A stretch of 46,108 bases of DNA. Origin: Peribolospora baueri (taxonomy: Eukaryota). Shown one piece after another: positions 11,405 through 22,456 of the stretch (positions are counted from its first letter, which is position 1; every line of letters begins with the position of its first letter). The stretch is from contig JAMDHS010000017.1 of NCBI GenBank assembly GCA_029717555.1, positions 248,001 through 294,108 on the forward strand. The letters are read 5' to 3'. Below the pieces are notes generated by a model. The model was not told the DNA's origin, did not search any database, and worked only from the letters and a program-made list of their open reading frames with translations. Position numbers and translations under genes: made by a program.

Positions 11405-12754
11405 AGGGGCTCTTCCCGCTTCCCCACGGCGGCCAAAGCGGCTAGGAAACGCCACGCCAAGCTGAACGATCCTGGCCCTTCTTTCGGCGTACGACCCAGC
11501 ATGGCTGGAGCATGGCACGCGTACCTGCGCAGGGATGCTCTGCCACGCCCTACCTTCGCTCCCCAGCTCGCAAAGGTGGGCGTGGTCCTGGCGGCTCAGA
11601 TGCCTCCCCCGGACCCCACCCGACCTGCCCGCACCACCGCAGTTCCTTTTCTCACGGTGTACACCCTTTCGGCCCCATTGCTCTGACTTATTAAGGACCT
11701 TAAACTGAATAATTCCATCAATCTTCAACAAGGGTGCTTCAGGGTGTCTTTGGGCGGTTGAAGCGGAAGATATGTTTACGGCGAGAAGGCTGCCAAAGAG
11801 AAGTCGTGCAAGGATTTGGAAGAGAGAGACTCGGAGGTGAGCCGAGAGTGTACAACGCGAAACGCGCTGAGCTGTGTTATGTCCCTTGTTCAGTAAGGGT
11901 GTGCTTGGCCGCTCTACTGCTCCAGGTTCGCTCCGCCCTAAAGTTGAGAGACCTTCCAGCCTGTGCAATCGCAGTTGGGGATGGGACCTTCGTTCGCCGG
12001 ATTAAAATCGGCAAAGGTAGCTTCTTGTACCCATACATCCTTAATATCGAGAGGCAGAGGGTTGATGGCACCCTTCCCTCAATAGAGTCTTCAGAGAATG
12101 ATGTGAAGGCAGGCGGACCGGAGAAAATAAAGAACGGGCAACCCTTGGTCCAATCATTAGTGAGAGAAACCCAGCAGATATGGAGGTGCTGGCCCGCGTG
12201 TAGGATGACATATCTCGACAGCGACCACCCGTAGCCGAGATAGGACATCATGCTTTCGAAGCATACTCAAAGGAGGCAGGAAAAAAACAAAGACCGTCTC
12301 TCTACACCTCTTTTCGACGTTCAAGAGATTGGCTAGGCCGAGCAGATACCAGGTTCAAGCCTGCCGACTTCTTACAAAGCGAAGCCAAGTAGGTGCAGTA
12401 TGAGTTCGATGCCGAGCAGGTACGAAACAGGGCCCCTCAGACAAGCGCACTAGTTCTACCGAGGCAGCAAGCACGAACTGGATATTGGCGGCGAGCTATT
12501 TAAGTAGGCGCCCCTCTCATCCAACACGGAAGTTTAGAAGTGCCATTGATCGAGAGGTATCCTCGTGAACGCCTCCCTTTTCAAGGTCACGCAAACGTCC
12601 TGAAAGACTGCACGCAGAGCCGGTCCACGCAGCGCGCTGGGAGGCTGCGGCGATGCAATTTCATGATAAGGTGCTGCGGCGAGCACCATTGCCTCATGTC
12701 TAAAGTGGGGCCCTTGTCGGTGACGGCGACCTGGCTCGGCGTTCGCTCGTGAAA

Positions 12755-12756
12755 CA

Positions 12757-12787
<31 letters not shown>

Positions 12788-12810
12788 TTGACGGTGACGG
12801 CGACACGGCA
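12755..12810. repeat. Imperfect hexamer microsatellite (GACGGC)n
   Basis: cagcgacagcgacggcgacggcgacggcgacggttgacggtgacggcgac seen directly. Confidence 0.85.
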
Positions 12811-13259
12811 ACAGCTTCTCACCATCTCCTTCAGCCTCGATACGTCTTCCAGTTTGCTGCCAGCTCCGCCTACGCAGCCTCCTTGCATTGGGGCGTTGCG
12901 ACTTTCTTGCACTGCCGGCTTGCACGTTCAGGTTCCTGCCGGGCCGAGTCGTACACCCTCTTTCTCCACTTCCTTCCCTTTCGAACGTGGTGTGCGATTC
13001 GGCGAAGACTCGACTCCAGCGTTTCTCGGACGAATAGTACACCGATCACACGGCCGGCGTGGATCCAACTCGTCGCCCTTATATCCAACTTCCCTCTCGT
13101 CTTTACCGACGGTTACCATTCTGCCCGACGCCCTCTATGCTCGAACCCTGATCGGCGACTCTGATCACAGATGCAGTCTCTACTGCCCTTCCGTCGATCT
13201 TCATCTCCGCAATCATCCGTTTCCCATTGGCTCTGAAGTCGCCTTCCGCGCCCTCCACC

Positions 13260-16200
13260 ATGAACGACCGTGGCTCGCCTGCCGCCTCGTCTTCGGCTCC
13301 TATCCGCCAAAGAGAGCATAGCGAAGGAAGTACCAGCACGAGCGGACAGGTCTCTCAGAGCGCATCCTTAGGCCTGGATGCTCACCGAAGACTCCGCGGC
13401 GACACTGGACAGGTCGATTTCCCCGTTCGGACTCCAAGCGTTTCTTCCTGGGACGGCACGAGCCAGACAGCAAGAGGAGAGCGAGAAGGAGAGAGGACCG
13501 GGTCGAGACCGTCGAAGCGCCTTTCGTCTTTGGCTCGCCACCCGCCCGCGCACCACGTCGGGCAGGAGGTTGGGATCCAGGACGATGGAGGACCAAGGCA
13601 AGAAGCAGAGAAGGACAAGGAGAGGGAGAGGTCACGAAAGAGGAGCTCAAGACATGCAGACGGGAGGGAAAGAGAGCGGGATAAGGAGAGGAAGAAGAAG
13701 AGCTCGTTGCTCACTAGTGAATTTGGCCTTGACATTCTTGGTGGAGGGTCCATTTCCGGTAGCGGAAGTACTGCTGGATTGTCGTCGTCCCAGAACAATG
13801 GTGAGCGAGTTCTTTCTTATCGTCCTTCGGGCTTTATTACTTCAGCTCCTCACGATAGGGCCTGCGTAACTTTCGTTCTTCCTCGGCTCTTTTGAACGCG
13901 TTTCCCTCACAACATGCAGAACCTCTGCGAGACCTGCTGGCATCGGTCGATATCCGCGATGCCCTTCGTCTCATTCATGTCGACTCGTCTCAGCCAGGCT
14001 CCCTCATACCCGAACGACCTGCCGCCGTTCCGATTTGGTCGTCTAGCCATACCAAGCGCACCCCATCTGGCTCCTCTGCAGGCGTGACCACCAACGCTCT
14101 CGAAAGGACGTGGAACGACCGTCACGACAGGGCCAGAACCACGTCCACTCCCGTTGCGACGCCACATACGAACGGCACGAGCACCACTTCCAGGAATGGA
14201 AGCTTTTATGGCACGCATTCGGTGTCGACCACTGATGAACGCCCGCAGAGTCGACAATCCAGCTCTGCCTACCACGCTTCTTCCTCTGGAGCCAAGGGGG
14301 GCGATTCGCCTGGTGCCCTGGCTAAGGAACTCGGAAGTTCGAGGTCGGACGACGGAGAAGGAACACAAGATGCCAAGAAGGCAAAGGAGAAGGGGTTAGG
14401 TTTTGTGAGGTTCAAGAGCTTGAGGAGGAAGGAGAGCGAAAAGCGGGAGAGCCGAAAAGATAAAGGGAAGGAGAGGCAAAAGGAGCCTCTGGCAGAGCCG
14501 ATGGAGGAAAGCGAGAACGAGAACGAGGACGATTTCGAAGGTTCGTTCCATGTGGTCTCGCCGGGACCGTAGTCGAGCTTTTGTTCCTCTGGTGATTTAT
14601 TGACATTTAGTATGCCTCCTTATTCTCTCGCCTTTCATTTTCCAATCGCATCAAAACAGAGAAGGTTCGGTCCTTTGCGTCCAGCGCTTCTTCTTCGACA
14701 CTGAATCGCACCCGTATGGCAAAGGATTTCTTTACGGCACGCTACGACCCGGTATTTGCGGCTTTGGCTGAAGGGTGTCCACCGCCTAGTCTCCTCGCTG
14801 TGAGCCGTTGGCGAAAGCGACTTGAGAGGGCGGACAAGCGACGAAAGAGGATGGAAAGGGCGAAAATGGGAACTGCGCGAGAAAAGGAGCGACGGTCCGT
14901 GGGTCCCTCCAACAATCGAGTGGGCATTCCTTTTGTCACGGGCGTCGCCGCGGGCGCAGAAGAGCGCCTAGACGAGCAGCGGCTTCGACAAGTGTCGTCG
15001 CGAGGCTCGACTCTCGCCAGTCGTACTGACGGAGGCGGCAGCTCGCGACGGTCCAGCGTCAACTATGGTTCCATGAATCCTGTAGGGTTCACAGCCCGTG
15101 ATACTGCCATGGCCACCTCGTCCCGGGCGTCTAGTAGTGTAGGGCTGTCAGACATGGACAAAGCTCTACCTGTCACCAGGGCCGACGATGAAGCGTATCT
15201 CGCACGGTTGACCGGTGTCTCTCCCGGCTCCACGATCTCGGACAAGCTCAATGCGAACTCGGTGATCGATCCCTCGTCTGTTGCTCTCATCGGAGGCGCT
15301 AATTCGTTGGACAAAGGCTCTATGCCGCCGGAGACAGCAGCGCTGTCCATGTCCACTTCAATGCCCGCCTCGGGTCTACTTGGTGCGCTTCGAGCTCCGG
15401 TACGTCGGACAATGGCTTCGTTCCCGTCGATCGGCGCAGCCGCTCAACTAGACGGACATCACAAGCTGTGCGACTGGATGGTGTCCCCAGGAGATCTGGC
15501 GGTGTACTTGGCCTGCAGAGGGAAGGTCGACGCGGAAGAAGGGGAGGAGGTCATGGGCGGGTCATCGTCCTGGCGAGGGTCGGATGCTGGCAGTTTGAGA
15601 GGATCAGGGTTCGCCGAGGCTGGCTTGTTGCCGCCTGTGGAAGTCGTCGACGGCCCGGCTCGACTGCCTTCCACCGAGTTGCTCCACAAGAGTCACAGCA
15701 GGTATTCTTCGCCCAGCTCGATTGCCGTGTCCGCTCGATCAGCGGACGTCCTGTCGTCTGGTCAACCGCCTTCCTCCCGTCACGACAGCAATCTTAGCTT
15801 TGGATTTGGTGGCGACGGCATCGAGCCGAATCGGACAAGCGCAGGTCCTCAAGGACGGAGGAGCACGTTTGGAAGCGTCGATGCCCCCGTTGAACGTCTC
15901 ACCAGCCCTCCCGGAATGCGTGGCATCTCTGATGTATCGAAAGTGGAAGCGAGCTCGGCTTTGTCAAGCTGTTTGCCTAGCTCATCTTCCTCCCCGTACG
16001 GCCGCCCTCGCGCCAATTCTGCCGCCCCCGCGCCTACCTCTCCATCTCCGCTCTCCAATACGTTTCGCTCTCCTGGCCAGACTCGCGTCAAAACGCTGTC
16101 TGCAAGAGAGCAGGGGGAGGGCGTGGCCCGCCGAATGTCCGACGTGGGGACGCGGCCTAACCAGGTGCGAGGCCCTTACGAGGCTGCGCAAGGATCGTCA

Positions 16201-18087
16201 GCATTCGCTGGCTTGTCTAGCGAATGGTTGCCACTTAACATACGTAACAGTCTCGTTCAGAAGCTGAAGCGCGGCGGAAGGGGTCCTGTAAGCCTCTTGA
16301 GTGGACAGCATTGGGGCGACCAGCGCGAAGATGGCGTTGGTGGGGGACACGCCACAGCAGCTGACATGACGAGTGAAAGGAGTTGGAGTGAGGGTGAGGG
16401 CAGAACGTCGATCGCCTCTGGCTTAGGTCTCGGTCTCGGTCTCGGAGCTGCTGTGCTTGCTGGAGGCCAGCAGCAAGATCACCCACGCACATCGACAAGC
16501 TCCAGCCGATCTCGAAGAGCGTGGGAGAGAACGCTGCGAAGAGGTGTGCGGACCAGCTCTCCCGAACTTCGTAGGAAACTACTCTCGCCGTCCTCAGCTC
16601 CGGAAGAAAACTCGGATGTTGCAGCCATCGGAGAGACACTACGACTACCTGACGGCGATGAGGAGCATTCGAGCAGCTTACCCTTGGACGACGACCAACT
16701 TAGAAAGCGTCGAGTGTCTCGCCGATCTCTCCACCGGCGGGCGCAAAGTCAGAAGTATCGCTCCAGCGATATCTTGGGGCAGGAAATCTATAACGGCCGA
16801 GTGGCCGGTGCTGGTGGCCATCGTCGCGGAGCTTCGCAGTGGCCGAGCGCCATCTTTCAGCGACGCGACGTGGGGTTGAGCATCGACTCGCCCGAGCCTC
16901 CCAGCGCTCCACATCTTTCAAGCTCTCGCGAGAGTATTGACGAGGGCCGAGCGCAGGAGAACCTACTGAAGGCTATCAGGGGACAACGCTCTGGTTCTGA
17001 TGGAGCCTCCGAATCTGTGGACGGATGGGCCGAGGTTGCCCATACCATCAGGACGTATGAAGCGTGAGTACCATCATAACTGCAGGCATCGCTGTTGACC
17101 GATTTGCTTGTTCCCATTGCCCATCCTTATACCTTCTCTCTCTTCACTTTCGTCACGCAGTCAGATTAGAGACCTGCAGGCCTACATGGTCAAAGCCGAC
17201 AACAGCATATCTACATCAACGGACAAGACTCGCGGGTATTGCCTGAGCCTCACCGAGCTCGAGCAAAGCACCAAAGCCCAAACGGGGGTACAGCTCGTCT
17301 ATAAGGTTCCTGATCTTCGGTGCTTCAGCGATCAGAGCCACCCTCCAAGCCGTGATTACTCGGCTGTAGCGTCGGCACCACTGGATGACCGTAGCGAGCG
17401 GACGGATCCTCGCGAGCTGAAAAAGTTGGGAAGGAGTCCGTCTGCTATCGCCTCCGCGTGGGAGGCGACCGACTCTTTAAAGCCTTTGCCCAGTGAGACA
17501 ACGGCCGCCGGTGCGGCAGTCGGTCGCATTTCGACGCAGTCGCCTCGATCATCGCGAGCGACCTACCGACGGCGCCACGCACATGACCCTCATTGGGCGG
17601 ACCCAATCGCAGCTGTAACCGATGCGATCCAGCGCTCGAATAAGTTGCGCGACGAGACTGTGGGGATGAGTAGGGAAGTCTACGAGTTGCAGGAGCAGGT
17701 CGCACAGGACATCCGCAAAGCTGTCGTTCGAGTGGACGAGATTCAGCGGGCGATCAACTCGACCCATTTCCAGGAGGTGCGTTTGGCCCATCCTCGGATG
17801 TTGGTCGTCCATTTGATAAACTGTTGACGTTGCTTTCGCTTCCCCTGCTCCGTGTGTCGGCGTCGCAGGTTCGCACCCTGGAAGACCAAATTGGCCGATT
17901 ACAGGCTTCGCAGGACGGATCCGGTATCTACTCCGACCTCTTCTGGGCGGTGCTTTCGTATCTGCTCGTCTTTCTCTTCTCCATTATCCGCATGGTCTGG
18001 TTCATCCTCTTCACTGGCTTCCGCATCGTTCGGTTTCCCGCTGTCGTTGTCTGGGCCGTGCTGCGCTGGGTGCTTTGGTGGAATTGA
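13260..18087 (+). CDS. Large, mostly disordered protein with C-terminal coiled coil and transmembrane segment; possibly Mtc4 (maintenance of telomere capping 4)-like
   Basis: CACCATG start; exons approx 13260-13800, 13920-14540, 14659-17063, 17161-17776, 17869-18087. Conserved-looking islands RTRMAKDFFTARYD..PPSLLAVSRWRK and CDWMVSPGDL; C-terminal coiled coil (..VRTLEDQIGRL) then hydrophobic LFWAVLSYLLVFLFSIIRMVWFILF..LRWVLWWN. The gene is well supported; the Mtc4 call is from recalled architecture only. Confidence 0.6.
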
Positions 18088-18678
18088 GAGCGCCACACAT
18101 CATCCGCGTCTCATCTTATCCGTCGGCTCCTCACCAGTACGTTACGCTTGAGGCTCGCAGGATTGCTTCAAGCCTTCACTCTTTTGCGTTCATCACTCCA
18201 GGGCTTTCTTGTCGGCATGATTCCTTCCAGCTTGAATGTCTTGCAGCAATCGCTGCTACTTCTGCGATCGCTACTCGCTCTTTTCGTCCTCTTGCTTTGG
18301 CCCATCTCTCTGGCTTTGTGTCGTGGCCTTCTTTTCAAGATCTATCTATACCATTCCATAACTGGCTCTCGTCCAATCTATCGAATGCATTCTTCACAGT
18401 GTCGTCGTCAGACCTTTACGCGGGGTGGCTGACTAAGTGCTTTCTGAACGAGTCGTGCTGTCCCGTTCCCTTTTGCCCACTTGGTTACAGTAGCCACCCC
18501 AAGACTCTACATGACATGCGTAAGGCTAGCGATGGCGACGTCCTCGGCAAGTACTCCGAAGGAAAGGGTGACTGTTACTGCACTGGTCTAGCTTAGATCC
18601 ATGCCTCTCCCGGGTTCAGGCTCCAGAAGAGCCGCTCACAGACACCAGCATCTGTGGAATGTCGGTGCGTATGGCGGA

Positions 18679-19110
18679 TCACTTAATCGCCGCGTACTCG
18701 GCCTGCGCACGGCGGGCTTCTTGTCGTAAACAGTCGTGGAATAGGCGGAGGTCGGCGGCGTACTCCTGATATTCCGCCGACCCCGCCTCTAGGCTCCCAC
18801 GTATCTCCAGACGCGGGTGATAGCCTTTGTTGGCGAAGAACGGCGCTACCCCGGTGCACTTGTGCTCCGCGTTATTGTACGCGAACTCGGCGAGCGGGAG
18901 GTGGTCGGTCCAGTCGTCCTGCTGGTAGCCGACGTAGAGTCGGAGATACTGTTCGAGAGTCTGGTTCAGCCTCTCTGTCTGACCGTCCGTCTGTGGGTGA
19001 TACGCCGTTGAAAAGCTCCGCTTGATACCTAGAGCCTTAGTGAGGGCCTCCCAGAACTCATTGACGTATTCCCGGCCGCGCTCCGACATGATGTCCGTAG
19101 GCAGTCGATC
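18679..19110 (-). mobile_element. Ty3/gypsy (Tf1/sushi-like) integrase core fragment
   Basis: LPTDIMSERGREYVNEFWEALTKALGIKRSFSTAYHPQTDGQTERLNQTLEQYLR..WTDHLPLAEFAYNN..TGVAPFFANKGYHPR; no zinc finger, RT or LTR nearby. Confidence 0.92.
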
Positions 19111-19462
19111 ACGCCGCGAGCTAATGTTGCAGATTAGCCTGAAAGCCAGTGGACTCGACTGTAGTAGATCTTCGCGACCGTCAGTTAAGAATGAGCCTCG
19201 CTGCCCATTCCTCACTACGGCGCGGCGTAGCGTTCGTCGATTTGCAGGATTGAAAAGGCCACGGCTCAATCCGTGTGCTCGCCCTGTTCTCGCCTCTGTC
19301 CTTCGTCAGTCAAACTTCCCTCTGGGCTAATCTGTCACATGCCTGGACTAATCGTGGGGAGAAGGCGAGAAGTCATTCAAAGTCATCAGAGGGTTCATTC
19401 ACAACAGATACAAGGCATGGCGGGTCATATATCATTACAGGACGGGAGGGCCGCATGGGTAT

Positions 19463-22155
19463 TCAACGTGAGGTGCTGTGCGAGCCCTGGGAGGCAAGCT
19501 TGCTGAGAAGACGATCGAGGAATTGGTTCGCCTCGTGCACATCATCGCCTCCGGAACGCGAGCGTCTGGTCAAGTCTCCTCCATCGCCCTGCTGACCATC
19601 CTCGTTTGCGTCAGATGTAGCAGGGTGCGAAAAGCCCAGTAGATGCGGATACGATAGCAAGAGATTCTGCAAGCTTCGGGCGTGAAATGCAGCAACCGAC
19701 CGTGGACTGCCAAGAGGAGGACCTGGCAGTCCTGGGCTCGCCTGACTGAAGGGAGATGGGGCGGGGAAAATGCCGTTCGGAGGTCCAGGCGAGAACGAAG
19801 AACTTGCATGCATCAGCAAGGAAGGCGCGTTCGTATTGCTTGTTCCGCCTCCTGAGCCCAGCTGCGGATCCAGAGCGAACTGCGCGAGGTACGCGGCCGG
19901 GTCGTGCAGAGAGGGCGAGGAGTCGACAGTGTGGCCGCCATTGTTTGCTGCTGGGCCGTGTAAACCGCTGTGACCGGCTCCAGGAGCCTGGGATGGGCCG
20001 ACGCCTTGTCGTTCGGCCACGATCTCATCGATTACGCGATACAGCTCACTGTCGTCAGCTGGAAGTTGCGAATCGAGGAGGCCGCGAACAGCGGAAGCTG
20101 TCATGGAATCCGAACCGACCGGATCGTCTCCTGGACCATGCAAACCTTCGTCAGGGCCTCTTGGTCCTGTCAGAACGTCATCCATGCCGTCATTGGCGCG
20201 ACCTTCTCGGTTTTCAGCTTCTTCACTTTCGTCGTCGTCGCCTCTCTTGCGCTTCTCGGGGCTTGTGTTTCCGGCGAGCCCGCCACTCCTTCGCCTCTCC
20301 ATGCCAAGAAGCCGGCTGACGTTGGCCTGACGGTAGTTGGGACGATTCCATTTTTTACCAAAAGTCCGAGCGACGTCCCATTGAGTGGCCTCCGGATGTG
20401 CTCCTACGTACGCCAGCAACTCGTTCTTCTGGGCTGCCGTAATGCGGGGATGTCTTGACTGAGAGGAGCTCCCTCGCGCTGGTGAGGCAGATGTCGCAGA
20501 AAGCGATGAAACAGCGTGAATTTGGGAGTCTCGGGGCGCCATACCGACGTCCTGGAAGTCGGACTGGTCGTTCAGGGACGGTCCGGCCGTGTGGTTTCCC
20601 GGCACGGCCAGAATTGATGGACGGGTTGACGGATGATCAGTCGCCACGAACGTGGCTCCGGTGCCCAAACCAGGGTCTCCCTCTCTGCTGGTGTCCGCGT
20701 GATCCGCCATGACGGCACGCTCGCGCTTCGTCTTCTCCTTCGACTCGCAGATGATGGAGCTGACGGTTCCTTGCGAGAACTTTGGGCGCTGCCAAAGCTC
20801 GCGAAAATGTCTAGCAATCTCCCATTGGCTCTTGCCAGGATTTTCATTTGCCATGTCCAGGACGGCTTGCCGTTGGGCAGGAGTTAGAGGTAGATGTGCT
20901 GTGCGATGGGCGGAGGTCGAAACAGGCGATGTCTTCGATGTTGCTTCCGTTCGAGTGACACCGGAGTGATTGACACTTGCCGCCCTATCCCTCTGCTCGG
21001 CTGACATTGCTTCTGCCTCCTTTCCCTTCCCTTTGCTGGATGCGGCACTTTTGTTCCAGCTCGCCCAACTGCTCCCACCTTTTCTGCGACTGCTGGCACC
21101 CGGCGTCCCTCCGGCCGTCTTCTCCTTTTCTTTGCGAGCTGAGACGATCACAGCCGATACCTGGGCTTGGACAAATCGCTGTCGGTCCCACTTGACGCGG
21201 AAGTGATTGGCCACGTCCCCTGAAGCGAGGGAGGATGGAAGGAGCTGACACCGCTTAGTGTGCATACCGATTTGCAACCTGTGCAGGAAATAGGCACCGG
21301 CGACGTACATTGTGTCATGTCAGGGTGCTCATCTACGAAGGTGAGAAGTTCGACCTTCTGTTCCGGCGTAAGACGAGGATCTCGATTGGCTGACGAAGAG
21401 GCTGACGCCCTCGCGCGGTGAGACGACGGGAGCTCTGTTGTATATAATTGTTGCAATCCGAGCCAAATGATAAGTATTGGTGCCCTGTACAGGTTGTTGT
21501 TCTCCCGCATCTTGCTCACCTATGGATGGATCTAGATCGGACGGTATTGTTGCCCAGACCGAAATACTCGCGGTCGGAGTTTCATTGTACCCACCACTAA
21601 GACTACGCCGAGATGCCGGTGACGACACGGTTGTGTTTCCGTTGCTGACAGCTGTGCGCACGTGCGTATTCGTTGCCAACGACGATTCTGCGGTGCGAGA
21701 GGTGGGCGCGATAGTGTCGTCGCTGTTTCTCTTTTCTACGAGCCTTGAGACGTTCTCAACGGGCTCAGATGGATTGTTAGCGGAAGACGCCCGTCTCTCC
21801 TGGGATTCCCGGTCCGTGCAAATTATCCTCGAGACGTTCGCTTGAGCCAGTTTCTCGCGACCCCAGACTCTGCGAAAGTGGTGAGCAACGTCCCATTCTG
21901 ACAGTGACCAGATGAAGAGATGTCAGCACGTCCTCGCCTTGTTGCCCAGAATCGTGCGAAAGCATTTTGAACGTCGTGGTGCTAGACACCCTCGCGAGAG
22001 CTCCGACTCCTGCCACGACATCTAAACCGTCTGAAACGCGCATCTGCTCGTGTTCCTCTTGAAGATCAACACTCACGAGTCATCTCGGGGTGTTTCTTGA
22101 CGAACGCAAGCAGCTCTTCGCGCTGCGCCGCCGTTATTGCCGGATCGCGGGCCAT
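19463..22155 (-). CDS. Protein with four tandem CENP-B/Abp1 N-terminal-type HTH domains; likely pogo/Tc5-transposase derived, no DDE domain
   Basis: Exons 22155-22077, 21897-21520, 21434-21309, 21219-19463 join in frame (2340 nt, 779 aa; all GT-AG, phase 1). Four repeats with consensus (I/L)T.AQ(R/K).ELL.F...HP..TQW(D/E)(V/I)A.HF...W.R....Q..VS.II. Confidence 0.8.
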
Positions 22156-22456
22156 AGGGACGAGTTGCACGGAACCGTATAAATATCGAGCTGGCCGTGT
22201 ACAAGTATAAGAACGAGAGTAGGTTGAGTACGACGGCCGACGAACAGACGCCTGCACATCGGCGATGCGCGGGCATACCGGATATCAGACTATCAATCAT
22301 ACATCGATCGATCACACTGGGCCGTGCTCAAGTTTTAAGTCGTGCTCGAGGAGAAGGTCTCCTTAGTACACGAAGAGACTCTGCCCGACTACTGTACAAG
22401 TCTTAGTTTTGCAATACCTTCCAGGATCAATGGGGGTGCCAAATCACGTGCTGAGC

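Noticed and set aside
14391..14400. GGGTTAGG telomere-like motif (also TTAGGG at 40241)
   Set aside because: Inside coding exons, short, and expected by chance.
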